Shown here: in pieces, positions 1 to 13,990 of the stretch
Position numbering within the stretch: position 1 is the first letter of the stretch
How the letters are laid out: each line of letters begins with the position of its first letter
DNA from: Octopus vulgaris
Taxonomy: Eukaryota
Reading direction: 5' to 3'
NCBI GenBank assembly: GCA_951406725.2
Contig: OX597821.1
Location: forward strand, 4,526,001-4,590,000
Length of the DNA: 64,000 nt
Translations under genes and position numbers: made by a program
Notes under the pieces: model-generated
Seen by the model: only the letters and a program-made list of their open reading frames with translations
Told to the model about the DNA's origin: nothing
Database searches by the model: none

Positions 1-1811
1 TTTTCTATTCATATGCCATGCCTACAGGTGTCGGTGAAAATCACTTTCATGTCTTCCTGCCCAACATATAACATGATTAGACCGATACTCTTGAAGGCAG
101 CTCAAAACCCTATCATCGAACTGCGGTGGTAGTTGAATAATATTCTTAATACCGCAATTTACTCACACGCAGCAAATTTCAAAGCTTGTCGCTAATCCAG
201 TTCTTGACTAAATTTAAAATTGATAACGTCTCTGAAGACGACTGGTCCCTGGCTGCAACTCGTAGAAAAAAGTTTGCATAAAAATTTTGTAGCAAAGTTA
301 CAGGAGAGTAAGAAACGCCTCCAGGCAGGTTTAGATCTAAATAATTTTTTTTAAGCAATATATATTTATCTTAGCTTCAATGACAGAAAACGGCATGAAG
401 AATTTCATAGCTTTGGTATGAAAATGTTGTGAAAAAAATATGAGACAAAAAGTTGGATATAAGTATAATTAGCTTCTATATTTTAAAAAACGAACAATAT
501 TTTAATTAAACTTAAATGATTCATCTCGATACGAGGAATTTCAAGGTATCTATCTCATGGAATGAAGTTTTAAAAGAAAAAAAGTTATTAGTCTTTCTTT
601 CTCAAATCTGAGGGTGATAATATAGTTATATAAGAGAGGACTTTTAATATGTATCACCGGCATCATTGAGGTGAGGAAAAAACTATCAACAACACCGCTA
701 ACTGATATGTTTGACACATTATTAATTTGCATAATACCATAGCCTGCTAAACGCATGGATTTCATGGAAAGATGCGAGCAACAGAAGTAATATTCTGAAG
801 ATTATAAACCTGGAAAGGTAAAGAACTTGGAAAACTTGAGGACAAGTTATTACATCTTGTAAAGTACAGAACAACAAAATTCTTACTTACAATATTGCAG
901 CTAATTATAAAATTTGAATAGTAATTTAATTTTAATTTACAAAGTAACATTATAATTAAAAAAGTTACTATCATTTTATTTAAATATTAACACGCTAGAA
1001 TACTATAAAAATGAGAGCCAGACGTACCCATATAACTAAAGTTTTATAGAAAGTAGAATAGTATATTTAGTAGGCAAATTCATTATGTAAAAAGATAGGT
1101 ATTGTGTGATGACTTGTAAATGAAAACACTTGGCAATATCTTAGGCAACAACTCAAGCAAATTTTACTGTGAATTTGTTGTTACTGTAATATAATACCAT
1201 TTGTTTGTATCATTCTACTTATTATACTATATAATTATGTATTTCTATTATTTTTATAAAGATAAAACTTACTTGGAAAAGGATGCGTGGCGTTCGATCT
1301 TATAATAATAGAAATAATATATAAATATATGCATATATACATACATATATCTACATGCCTACAAAAAATGTATATATACAAGGCATAAAAAAACGTTGAA
1401 CACAATGAAAAACGAAATCATAACTAAATCATAGAAACGAACTTTTTCGAACAAGGTAAACAAACAAACAAAGAGAGAAAAGAGACATACAACATAAAGA
1501 CTATTCCCCTTCTTCAATTGTCCCTGTTTCAACTACTCCACGTTCCGAAGGCAAGGACAATACGATTTTCGAAATCGTATTACGTACTTGAATTTATTCT
1601 TAATTTCGAAGATATTTTTCTAATATTTATGAATAAATTTTCTATTTCAACTTATTTCCGACAATTCGTCGTATATGATAAGTAGACATTATATGCTACT
1701 ACCATATTCCACGTTTCAACATTCTTTCGTTGTGTGTATATACTATCGTATAAAACTATGTAATATTTTGATTTGTTTCAAAATTACGATTCTGGATGTT
1801 GTCGGCAATTG

Positions 1812-2765
1812 CGACATAATGTAAGACCCTTACCTCCATGTGAGGATAATGTGTATTTGTTGATGTGTGTCGATCGCTTTTCGAGATGGCCCGAGGCTTA
1901 TCCGATAAAAGACGTATCTGCAGTAACTATAGCAAAAACCTTATTTACCAATTGGATGTCTAGATTTGGCATCCCAAATACAGTGACAACAGATCGTGGT
2001 AGACAATTTGAGTCTAGCCTGTTCGCAGAATTCAATAAATTGTTGGGGATTAATAGAATTCGTACAACTTCATATCACCCACAGTCTAACGGAATGGTAG
2101 AAAGATTCCATAGGCAGTTAAACTCTTAATTAAGAACTTATTCTGATTCTAACAGTTGGCTAGAGGCCTTACCAGTGGTGTTGTTAGGAATTAGAAGTGC
2201 TGTTAAAGAAAATATACAATATTCTCCGGCTGAACTTTTGTACGGAACAACATTAACTCTACCTGCTCAAATGTTCGAAGAAACTAATTTTTTCAATGGG
2301 GATGTTAATGATTATGTAATTCGGCTAAAAAGATTTCTTACTGATATTCCTTCTTGTACAAGAAAATTGCAAAATGTTAAAAGCTTTCTTCCTTCGGATA
2401 TAAAATCTTGGACACATGTGTATGTCCGTAACGGTGCAGCTCATGATTCACTGAAATATAAATACACCGGACCTTTTAAAGTCTTATCAGTTACAGACAA
2501 AACTATGACTTTGGAAATGAATGGAAAGAAAGAAATTGTCAGTGTCGACAGAGTAAAAAAAGCGCATTTCGACCAATATCCATGTCATGAAAACGGAGAT
2601 ATGTGCAACACACATCAACATAACGTGAAAATAAGTGACATTCAAGGAAACAAATCCGATGTTGATGGAAAAACAAAATCAATTCTAAAGTTACCTACAA
2701 ATGTGAAAAAAACTAGAAGTGGCAGAATTGTACATTTTCCAAAAAAACTTTCTCAGTTTGTTTGA
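1812..2765 (+). pseudogene. Ty3/Gypsy LTR retrotransposon integrase (rve core plus GPY/F module), 5'-truncated, one in-frame stop
   Basis: ORFs 1773-2129 and 2175-2765 share a frame, separated by TAA at 2127-2129. Motifs: VDRFSRWPEAYPI, TTDRGRQFES, TTSYHPQSNGMVERFHR, SPAELLYG, YTGPFKV. Confidence 0.95.
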
Positions 2766-2837
2766 GGATAAAAAAAAAAATTGGTTTATATTCATGGATT
2801 ATATAAAAAAAAAACAAGAAAAAGAAAAAAGTTTTTC

Positions 2838-2918
2838 AGGGAAGGAAAGGAGCAGTATACGAACATGATAAATGTAAGCCGTTCATATATTTTAACATGT
2901 AAATGCATTTGTATATAT

Positions 2919-2985
<67 letters not shown>

Positions 2986-3803
2986 AACGAATTTCCTTCG
3001 CAAAATTGTAACAATTTTTCTGGCGAGAGGCTGATGTAGCATGGCAGTTTCAGACATTTTGAAATATGACTGTAGCGGTTTCTGATATCCTCACTTTTTG
3101 AAAGACACGACAGGAATGATCTTGTTTGAGGTTACAGCCATCTTTTACCGAGTTGTTCCTGTTGTAACCACTAAACTGATTGGTTGACAGGTGAAGCGAT
3201 TTGTCTCTATTCATTTCGGGCAAATGTCCCAAGCCAACCTATCACGGCCTTTGGTTAAGGTCCCATTTCTTAAGCTCGTTTGAGCCACCTTACTTGTATA
3301 TAAGGGAGTGTTTTCAGTATACTTGCGTCTTTGGTTCCAGTCCTTGTAAGGGCTAACTTCAGACCACAGGGCTACTCAACCCAGCGGTATACGATTGTTC
3401 CTGCTACAACTAGCGACGATGCTAATGTACACTCACCACAGAAAGCCTACTATCTTCGCCGTCGCCACCATCATGTACCAACTTCGAGTCGCCTCTAACA
3501 TCTTCGCCATACAAACTGCAAACCAATTTCCATTATTAACTTTATGCTTTGTACCTTTCTATGCCACACGCATTCACTCTGATGATATTTGTCACACACA
3601 CGAACACACAGACACAAAAACGTGTTGCATACGCACATACGTGCTAACACTTACACCCTTCTAACATCAGCACGGTTGTAAATAAAATAATATTTATCTC
3701 TCAACCGAAGGCTTGTCGTCAATTCACCTATGTTCTTTTGGTACTGCATTGTATTTATAATAATTCGTTAAGAATATGACCACCTGCGATCGTATTCCCT
3801 ACA
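2838..3803 (+). mobile_element. Probable polypurine tract and 3' LTR of the Gypsy element, interrupted by (TA)n
   Basis: Purine tract AGGGAAGGAAAGGAGCAG (2838-2855) follows the integrase stop. TATA-like TATATAAGGG near 3297, AATAAA near 3681, candidate terminal TACA at 3800-3803. No second LTR in the window to confirm the ends. Confidence 0.5.
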
Positions 3804-4149
3804 CAATGCGACCACGTGCGTTCATATTTCTTACACATGGAAGAAATGACTTTCAGGGCAGGTGATGAAATAAACGCGTCTCAAAAACCAGAAGAGAATA
3901 GGATGAATGAAGGGGCAGAAATGTTGGTGAACACAGAATTTGAGAAGATAAAGTGAGACACAGCACACACATGAACAAACGCGTGTACTGATACGATCTC
4001 TTCCATAACAAACTTCGCTGAAAGACAAAGTTAAGGCTAGTCGTATATTAAGTGAAAGCTAATAGTATATTCTCAAAGTTAAGCCTAAATTAGTATATAT
4101 TCTCTCACTAATAGTAACATTTAATTTTGTCACAAAACTATTAAATTTG

Positions 4150-4260
4150 GGGGCGTATCTAAGTCGATTGCATCGACACTAGTGTTTGATTGATACTTAT
4201 TTTATCGACCCCGGAAGGATTGAAAGCAAAGTCGTGCTTGGCAGAGCACAGAACTCAGTA
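4150..4260 (-). mobile_element. Degenerate SINE fragment (family of 11416-11996)
   Basis: Contains ACTTATTTTATCGACCCCGGAAGGATTGAAAGCAAAGTCG, similar to the core of the 11.5 kb SINE units. Confidence 0.7.
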
Positions 4261-5050
4261 ACATTAATTGCTCGGTTCTTCTCGATTTTCACCAACATGG
4301 ATTCTCTACGTTACACTTATATATAACTGATTACCGTATGGCTTTTTAACTGAGACCGTAAGGGAGGACAATTTTCCGATATTATATCTTATGCATGAAA
4401 AGTTGTAACGAAAGCATTCACGCACTAGAAAAAACTTCTTATCAAAAAAGGTGTACAACATCCTCATAAAAGAGTTCATAACATTTTAAAAAGTAAATAT
4501 ATTTCTTTTAAACTCAGCTTTTCACTTCGGAGACTATATTAAGTAAACCTCATATATTTTCAAATATATATATATATATAGCGGCATACTACACTTTGGT
4601 CTCCTATATGTAAGTATATATTTATCTAAATCACGTACAGCTCTATTGTTTTATTGCTTCCTTCTTTCTATCAGACCTTTCACGCTTACTCCGTTCATTC
4701 CGCTCTTAATTTAATTCGTCCTTACTCGAAAGACACATGTTCTTATATCCTGTTATTTTTATTTCGGCAACCTCCTCCCTTTTTTTCTCGTCCTTGTTTT
4801 CGTATACATTCGCTGCTTTCTTCCAAGGAATCAAAAGGGAAAAACTAAGCTAATGGCATTTTTCCCTGGGACTGGTCAGATTGGAGCAATCTCGAGAATA
4901 ACCAACCGAAATTGCAAAGATTATCTGAAACTCGACTGAGGAAAGAAAACTCCGAATGACCCGCCTTGTTTTATTTGTATCGTCTATCTGGATGTTTTGT
5001 TGTCCCTTTCTTGTATCACCGAAATGTCTGGATATTTTGAGTTCTTGTCC

Positions 5051-5139
<89 letters not shown>

Positions 5140-6090
5140 CATATATATATACACACGTATACTATATAATATATATATACAAATATATATATGTATATAT
5201 ATTTGTATGTATATATATATAATATATATATACATACAAATATTATATATATATATAATTATATATGTCTATATATATATATACAAATATATATATATTT
5301 GTATGTATATATATATATGCATATATATACATATATATATGCATATATATGCATATATATATATACCTATATATATCCACAAAGCGGATATATACGAAGA
5401 ATGGCTCAACCAGACACCGCTAATCCTCCCACGTAAATTCCAGATCAAAACCATTACAGAGGAACCTGAAACACAAAGACGCCTCAGGGAGAGAATGTCA
5501 CTACTGGAAAAATGAAAATGGAAATAGAACTTCCAAAATTGAGGGCCCAAACGAATGAGGATAAAGTAAAATCCACAGATGAAGAGATCAACCAAGAAAT
5601 TCGAAAACTGAACCAAGGCCCCGATCAAGAGAAGATCCCCAAACTAAGGAAATAGGACTGTGAAAAAGAAGAACTGAAATCTCTCCAACGCTGGGAGAAA
5701 AGCCCCACTTGGTTCTCAAACTATGAAACCGTCTTTCAAACAGAGCACGCTTCCAACAATCCTTTCCAGAAAATAAGAAAATCAAAACAACACGCAAACA
5801 CCGATACACACCTGTCTAAAAATCGGAACCATCACTACTATCAAAAAAAGAATACAGGACCTAACCCTAACTTTGTCAGCCACCAGCGATACAATATCAG
5901 GAATACCCTCACTTGAAACAGAGAAAGGATAAATCAATACCCACAGGATAGATGCTGCAACCTCCTCCCCACCCAAAAGAGTCACCAACGAAATTTTCGT
6001 TCCAACTGCCTGCCAAACAACCATGCACAACAAACCTACACAATTCACAATGATTACCAACGAAGGCCTCCTAAAACACCACACCCGAAT

Positions 6091-7779
6091 ATGGGATATC
6101 GGGACGCACTTCTCAATACTGTTTCAAGAACACACACCATAAATCACAACAGGGCACCACACATCAACAAGGAACAACTACATAATAGCTACCGTCCCAA
6201 CCACCGCAAGATAGCAGCAAACTGGCAGGAGGAACCAAAAGTGATAAAAATTATCAATCTAACTCACAATGAACTAACAGCAAACCAAATAAATATACTC
6301 TCCAAAGGACTCAAGTTTACACCCACCACACAACATCCCAACTACAATCAAATGAAAGAAGGCATCGCAGAATTCTGTAGAAAATTACGGCTTACTGAGG
6401 AGCTATATGACAAATACAACGAGGACGAATCGTTGTTCAAAAATAGGAGTAACTACACCACCTCAAAAGGTGAGAACAAAACACTTGATCATTTCTGTGA
6501 ACACATCTCGAATTACCCATATCAACACTTGCACAAACAAAAACCCAAACCAAACTTCAGCAAAAAAGAATGGGCTGAGCTGAACAGATTAAAACAAGAC
6601 AAAACAATAACAATCAAAGAGGCCGATAAAGGGAGTGCAGTTGTTTTAATGGAGACGACATTTTACATAACTTTAGTTCTATCTATGTTGGAAGACACAA
6701 TATATTATGAAAAGGCACAAAACTACAGTCAACAAAAAATAATGAGGGAACAAAAATCCATTTTAAACCCATACAAAGAAGATCTCACCGACAAAGAATA
6801 TGACTATATGACCAATTTTACAAGTAAAACCTGCCAATTCTACGGTATTCCTAAGATACACAAAATTGAGAAAATAAGTAACGCATGCAAGATAGCCACA
6901 GACAAAATAATTAAAGTCCCTAATCCTAATGATCTCAAATTGAGACCCATTATAGCAGGTCCCGCATGCAAAACCCACCGCCTCAGTAACTTTTTAGACA
7001 CCCTGTTAAAACAACTCTTCAAACATGTCAAAAGCTATATAAGGGACGACCTGGATATGCTCAATCACCTACCTAATATTATAAACAAAAACACCTTACT
7101 AGTATCCTTCGATGTAGTCAACCTCTATTCCAATATCCCCCACAACCTAGGAATAGAGGCAATTCAATTCTGGCTAGAGAATCACGCCAACGAACACCTA
7201 CATTGCATCAAAAAATAATTCGTGATAGAAGGCGTTATATTCATCCTGGATAATAACTTCTTCGCCTTCAAAGACAACTTCTACCGACAACAATCGGGGA
7301 CTGCGATGGGTACGCGAATGGCCCCCTCCTTTGCCAACCTAGTCATGGGATATCTAGAAATCAGTCCGTATCGTAAGGTTCTAGAAAGATATGGCAGCCC
7401 TTTCTCCCTCTACACAGAAAACAAATGGAAAAGATACCTAGATGACTGTTTCATCCTTTTGCATGAAAATATAGAGAAACTCAAAGAATTCCAAGCAATT
7501 TTAAATGGACTGGCCGTAAACATCCAATTCACGATGGAATATAGCCAGCAACAACTCCCCTTCCTCGACATCCTCATTAAGAAATCTAATAATGTAATAG
7601 TAACAGATATATACTATAAGCCTACAGATTCTAAGCAATATCTTCCATTCAATTCATGCCACCCCAGACACACCAGAATGAATATCCCCTTCAATCTAGC
7701 AAAAAGGATATGTACTATAATTTCTAATGCAAACACCAGAGACACACGAACTACCCACCATCACCTTCACCATCACTAA
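6091..7779 (+). pseudogene. PLE reverse transcriptase with an in-frame TAA at 7216-7218 and a frameshift near 7750
   Basis: ORFs 6091-7218 and 7222-7779 are in the same frame and carry the PLE RT motifs, including catalytic YLDD. Confidence 0.93.
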
Positions 7780-7789
7780 TTGACATATG

Positions 7790-8501
7790 CATTCAACGTG
7801 CCCTTCAACTCAACATCCAGGAACTCAGACATCCCAAATTAAAGAAAAATTTACGACCAAAAGCCTTACCATACATCACACACAACCCTCTCAACTATGA
7901 AGCCTTCGACACCATCCTCCAAAACATACCCCTGCTAAAAAAAGACCACAGAATGAACTTAATCCTCCAAACACACACGATCATAAAAAGTAAGAGACAG
8001 CCCAAATCTATGAAAAGTCTCCTAACACATGCCCGAATACGCTCTCCAACACAGAAGCCGACAGTAAAAAAATGTGGAAGACCCAATTGCGGGATATGCG
8101 ATTATCTAATTGAGGGATCAGATTTCTCCTTCATACAGGGACAACGGTTCATAGTGAAAAGCAACTTCACATGTGCTTCGGAGAACCTGATATACACACT
8201 AACCTGCTCTGGGTGTCAAGAGCAATACATAGGCCAAACAAAACATAGTTTGCGTAAAAGAATGGCCCTGCACAGATCCCAGATAAAAATTCCCCAAAAC
8301 AGAAAAATAGCATTCAGCCAACACATAGATACTTGCGCCAACAACAAAACACCAAGCTTCAGGATTTTCCCCCTCTACCAATTCAGGGACGATACAACCT
8401 CGAGCCAACGAATAAGTAAAAAAATTCTCTATATTACAATATACAGGCCCCATCTGAACGCATCTACAACAAACGATATATCCACCTCAGCTTTAGAATA
8501 A
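7790..8501 (+). pseudogene. PLE linker zinc finger plus GIY-YIG endonuclease
   Basis: CGRPNCGIC (CX4CxxC linker), NLIYTLTCSGCQEQYIGQT, LRKRMALH, FSQH. CxxC between the GIY and YIG equivalents, as in Neptune/Poseidon endonucleases. Confidence 0.93.
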
Positions 8502-8631
8502 CACAAATACACACGCAAATATTACATTCCTAAGAATCCATTAAAAATCGACACCAATCACAGACATAACCCATAACGTGCCAACTTTAATTCATACAAC
8601 ACCTCACTACTTCCATGCATTCATATTCTCC

Positions 8632-8760
8632 CTTCTTCTTCTTCTTCTTCTTCTTCTTCTTCTTCTTCTTCTTCTTCTTCTTCTTTTTCTTCTTCTTCAT
8701 CATCATCATCATAATTATCATCATCGTTATCGTCATCATCATCTTCATCTTCTTCTTCTC
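8632..8760. repeat. (CTT)n/(CAT)n compound microsatellite 3' of the PLE
   Basis: Directly visible tandem trinucleotides. Confidence 0.95.
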
Positions 8761-9188
8761 CCCCTTCTACTTCCTAACTTCATCACTAATGGTTTTTAGT
8801 ATAACACCTACGCAAATTCTATAAACAAAGCTTTCAATAGAAATATTTTCATGAATTGAACAGCAGGAACTGCTAGCAACCACTGACCAACGACAATCAA
8901 GGCAATCCCAATTCTTCCTCCACTTCTCTCCCTCCTCCTCCTCCTCCTCCTCCTCCTCCTCCTTCTTCTTCTTCTTCTTCCCTACCAAGAATTCACCACG
9001 ATCTCGAACCCACGAGTGTTAACAAGAGAGACAGAGAAAGGCAGAAACAAGGAAAATGCCACTTATATTTGAACACTATACAAATATTCGTTTAAAAACC
9101 TTTTCTTTTCATTTTTCAGTACCGAAACCTGTACTGAAATATTCTTTATAAAATTATTTTAGCATTTTCTATCTAGACTTGTTTTTTC

Positions 9189-9254
<66 letters not shown>

Positions 9255-9256
<2 letters not shown>

Positions 9257-9386
9257 AGTGATCACGTGATCACGTGACCGACCAGACCAGACCATCAGAT
9301 GTTGTTACACATTGCTGGTCACAATGCGTTCGCATTGTTTTAGCCTTCGAATGACGCCACCCCGCTGCGCTGGCTAACCAAGCAGG

Positions 9387-9390
<4 letters not shown>
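9255..9390. mobile_element. Short retroposon-like cassette between (TA)n tracts
   Basis: About 135 bp of GC-richer sequence with short terminal tandem repeats (GTGATCAC)x2 and (GACCA)n, embedded in (TA)n. Family not assigned. Confidence 0.45.
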
Positions 9391-9465
<75 letters not shown>

Positions 9466-11415
9466 ATATACACACACATATATATAATATATATTACATA
9501 TATACAAATATATATTCATACATATATATGTATATATATATATTTGTATGTATAGATATATATATTTGTTGTATATATATGTGTGTGTGTGTGTGTGTTA
9601 TATGTTATATATTATATATATATATATAATATACATACACATATACATGGGTACATACATATATACATACATACATATATACACGTGCACATACAGCTTA
9701 CACTCGGTGCAAATCATTGATTGATTCTACGGCGCATTATTCTTCACAATGGCGGAGAGATATCATTAACGTTTATGTTATCTTTTCCACATGAATGCAG
9801 TCATAAGTCGCATTTCGCCGTTACCTTCGCCATCACAAGTCTATTTACGGAATTAACACAATAAATATAAACATTAAAATCTTTTTACCGGAAAGCTAAA
9901 ATTTTCACTTTCTGCATCATTGATTAGGTATTCTACTTAAGAAAATTTCATTAATTTCTGATCCACATACACACTTTGTCTACAACACCATTTAGTCTCA
10001 ACTCATATGAAGAAATCTTTTATCTAATTGCTAGGTATTTACGACAATTGTTCATCGGAGAACATTGTGAAATACTGAATGGCTAAACCTGTATTCTATT
10101 GCTCACAAGGGAGCACTATCCTAGAGTCATATATATTTATACATTTCTAAATAGACTAGTTGACCAATAAGTTACTAACCTTAAGGATAATTCATCTCCA
10201 CATTATATAAATCCTAGCGGTTTAGTTAGTAAATCATTACAAGATATATAGATATACATATATATATGTATTCATTTGTACCTCGTTTAATAAAAGTACA
10301 GTTAATTTCGACGAGCAATAGCGGCTGTCTGGAGAATAATATTGTATGCAATAAAAATAGAAATATGATATGATATTTGATTTGTTTCCGGGACTTTACA
10401 ACTTATAATATTGATGGAAACAATCTGACCTAAGTCGAACGACTTTCTAAATCACTTGCCTCAGAATGCGACTGTTTTGATACTTGGTGGAAATTTAAGA
10501 AGAAAACACAGTTTAATGATGGATAGCCATAATAAAAGGAACGGTTATAATCAAAACATTGTAATATCTTATCACCGTATCACGCTTTCCATTACTTTGC
10601 ATAAATAGGATGATATACATTTATTATAGCACCATTGAGTTATTGGTAAACATGTTATATGTATCATTTCTAAATATAGAAATCTGCAAAATACACACAT
10701 AGGGAAAAACACAAGCACTTCCATCAGCAAACACACACACACACACACACACATATGAACAGAGAAATATAGACATGTATATACAATACCAAATAGGACT
10801 GTGTATGAGTGTGCGCGTGTGTGTGCGTGTGTGTGTGTTTGTGAGTGAGTACGTGAGTGTGCTTGTATGCATTTATATAGGAATTATATAAATGTATAAG
10901 TTCAAGTGTGTTTATGTGAAGATGTATGCACGGTTTTATTTACGTGTACGTAAGAGTCAATTTTAAAATCATAACTTGTGTTTTAAAATAACAAAGAGTG
11001 ATTAATGGAACACTATATTGATTTAACATGCGCGCGTGTGTGTGTTTGTGCTTGTGTGTGTTTGGTGTGTGTGTGAAGGTAAACGCGTCTGTGTATGTAC
11101 ATATACATTTATACATATATACACACACACACATAAATATATTACATATATATGTGTGTATTTGTATATATTTAATTTATATATATATATGCATGCATAT
11201 ATACGTACAGACACACGGATGCATTTATACATACAGATATGTGTATATGAATATGTTTGTTTGTGTGTGTGTGTGTGCATGTATAGTGCGTGCAGTTCAT
11301 TCCGTACGCAAGTTCTACATTAGTGACTAGAATTTTGGCCTCATCCATCTTCAAAAATCGTTTGTGTAGAAACTGTAGACAATAACGATATGAAATCTAG
11401 CACAGCCGCTAGCTT

Positions 11416-11996
11416 ATATATTCTTTTCTACACTCGGAACAAAGTCCGAAATTTGGAGGAGGTGAGTCCAGTCAATTAATTCGACCCTAATACGCAACTT
11501 AATTTATTGACCCTGAAAGGATGAAAGGCAAAGTCGACCTCGGCGGAACTTGAGCTCAGAACGTAACGGTAGACCAGTTACCTATTTCTTTACTACCCAC
11601 AAGGGGCTACACAAAGAGAGGACAGACAAGGACAGGCAAACGAATTAAGTCGATTATATCGACCCCAGTGTGTAACTGGTACTTATTTAATCGACCCCGA
11701 AAGGATTTAATCAAAGTCGACCTCGGCGGAATTTGAACTCAGAACGTAACGGCAGACCAAATACCTATTTCTTTACTAGCCACAAGGCGCTAAACACATT
11801 GAAGATAAACAAGGACAGACAAACGGGTTTCGTCGATTATATCGACCCCAGTGCGTAACTGGTACTTATTTAATCAACCCCGAAAGGATGAAAGGCAAAG
11901 TCGACCTCGGCGGAATTTGAACTCAGAACGTAGCGGCAGACGAAATACCGCTAAGCATTTCGCCCGGCGTGCTATCGTTTCTGCCAGCTCGCCTCC
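11416..11996 (-). mobile_element. Tandem trimer of a tRNA-derived SINE with a Meta-domain-like core
   Basis: Minus-strand head GGCGAGCTGGCAGAAACG, B box GTTCAAATTCC, core GTCGACTTTGCCTTTCATCCTTTCGGGG...AAGTACCAG. Period about 183 bp (CCTATTTCTTTACTA at 11581 and 11764). Confidence 0.9.
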
Positions 11997-12764
11997 TTGC
12001 GCTACTTTATATATTGTCTCGAAAGGGGACTGTATTTTACACTATGTCAGCGGTTTGTCATTAATTTCGAACAGCAGAACGTTATCAGGTTTGCATAGAT
12101 GAATACGCGATATTATTCATTTTAACCAGTTGCACAGTTTCACGTGCGCTACTGGCACCATTTGCTCTTATAATTCACTCTTTACAGCACTTCAGGTTAT
12201 GGAATCCCTGTATGCGGGAATGTGCGATTGCGTTTGTATTGAAATGACCGTAGAATAATATCTATTTGCCTATATATATTAAATGGTGTATATATATACG
12301 TATATACGTACGCACCCCCACACACCCCATCCACCCGCACACACAAACACACACAAACACACACACATATATATATGTATATGTATATAGACACATATAT
12401 ATATATGTACAAAAGATGACAATTGCTTTCTCTGGTAGGCGACTGAGAACCTGCGTCTGAGCAGCAAGGCATCACACAAGCCGTGTGTATGTGTGTGTGT
12501 ATGTATATATGTGTGGTCGTGTGCGAGTGTGTGTGTGCGTCTGTGTGTTTGAGTAGATATGCTTCTATTGTGATCAACGAGTCATTTGCATGTTCTGATT
12601 GTAGCGGAACGTTATAATCTGGCTGCATTCGAGGCTGATGTTACCCTTCTCTTCTGTAAGTCCAGAGAATGTGAGTCATTCGTTTTATCAAATAAGCGAG
12701 TGGTTAAAAGAGCTCTATTTTCATTATTCATTTTTTAAGACTTTCTGTCTCTCTTTATATATAC

Positions 12765-12832
<68 letters not shown>

Positions 12833-12916
12833 ATGTATGCATATATATATGTGTGTGTGTGCGAGTGCGTGTATATAAATATATATATATACATACATAT
12901 ATGTGTATATATATAC

Positions 12917-12961
<45 letters not shown>

Positions 12962-13559
12962 TAAATATATATGTGTGTGTGTGTATTTGTGGGGCGCTAA
13001 TAACTGCGAAACAAATTTGATATATATCCCTGTGTCCTCTCTAGACAGTTTATTTAAACATTGCCATCAATTTTAGTAGAACTGTGGAAAAGAAAATATA
13101 CAATCAACAAAAAAAATGTATATATATGAAATTCTTGGTAAATTAAATATTGCATTATTAATACTCAGATTTGACATCAGATTTATATCTAATTATTTAA
13201 ATTTCAACTGCTGAGAGTTGAAATTTTCAGGAGGTATCAGTAAGAAAAATATATCATTCTCTGGACCTGAATGTCAGTATCTCAGAAATGTGAAATTATA
13301 AATTTATTTTTCCTTGAAATTTTCCACTCTCTTGATTTTTTTTTTTTTTTTAGGTTTGAGCTATGACGATTTGCACTCGCAATACTATTCTGCAATAACG
13401 ATTTGCCCACGCAATACTACAAAATAAACTAGCTTTGTTCAATAAGGTTGGCGGTTCCTTTGCACTTGTTAAGTTTATTCAGCAGATGGAAGTTGAATTT
13501 GTCTTTCATCAGTGAAATTATGGGTTGTCTACCCTATATTTTCTCCATTTACTTTTATC

Positions 13560-13990
13560 AAGTTCAACATAGGCGCTTGGTATTTCCGCCCGATATTTCA
13601 AGGAAAGATTTCTCACAGTCCACTTCTGGATGAGATATTACAACTTGCTCGTCATAGCCTTTCAATCATCTTGAAGATCTGAAACAAAACATACACCGTG
13701 CAGTATAACCGGTCGCTCCGACTATCAAACCCATGATGCTCCGGGACAGAATGGATCTTCCTCACTAGCTGCCGAGCAGCAGACCGTTGCTTTTAGCTCA
13801 TGTCACCACTTAGTATTCCTCACAACAGATCAATGAGCCAGGTTTCCGACACAACAGTGGTATCCTCCTAGTATGTTCCCAATGTGCGAATTCATACAGA
13901 ATGTCCCTCAACGTTTCCATTTCCCTCATTAATGGCTGCCAAAGAGACAACCTTGATGGATTGACCGCGTGATACTGTATGGTTTCCATA
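13560..13990 (-). pseudogene. L1/Tx1-clade LINE reverse transcriptase relic
   Basis: Manual minus-strand translation gives PYSITRSIHQGC (QG motif, 13947-13982), VILHGVCFVSDLQ (LG motif-like) and QKWTVRNLSLKYRAEI (W..R.LSL.GR-like). Many stops and frameshifts, so absent from the ORF track. Confidence 0.75.

Larger units (their letters stand above)
5380..8501 (+). mobile_element. Penelope-like retroelement, Neptune-type, near full length but disrupted
   Basis: Disrupted upstream coding region (5380-6090), then IINLT..LSKGLKFTPT, IKEADKGSAVV, FYGIPKIHK, LRPIIAG, SFDVVNLYSNIP, GTAMGTRMAPSFANL, KRYLDDCF, LPFLD, YYKPTD and SCHP, followed by a GIY-YIG domain. Confidence 0.95.

Noticed and set aside
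4936-4962. CTGAGGA...CCGAATG hammerhead-like motif
   Set aside because: GAAA is absent and stems I and III are not evident.
7216-7218. In-frame stop in the PLE RT as selenocysteine or readthrough
   Set aside because: The codon is TAA rather than TGA, and the element also has frameshifts, so simple decay is the likelier explanation.
11416-11996. CRISPR-like repeat array
   Set aside because: The units are ~183-bp SINE copies without unique spacers, in a eukaryotic context with no cas genes.
13335-13450. Poly-T followed by AG as a possible splice acceptor and exon
   Set aside because: All three frames hit stops quickly and there is no partner exon.
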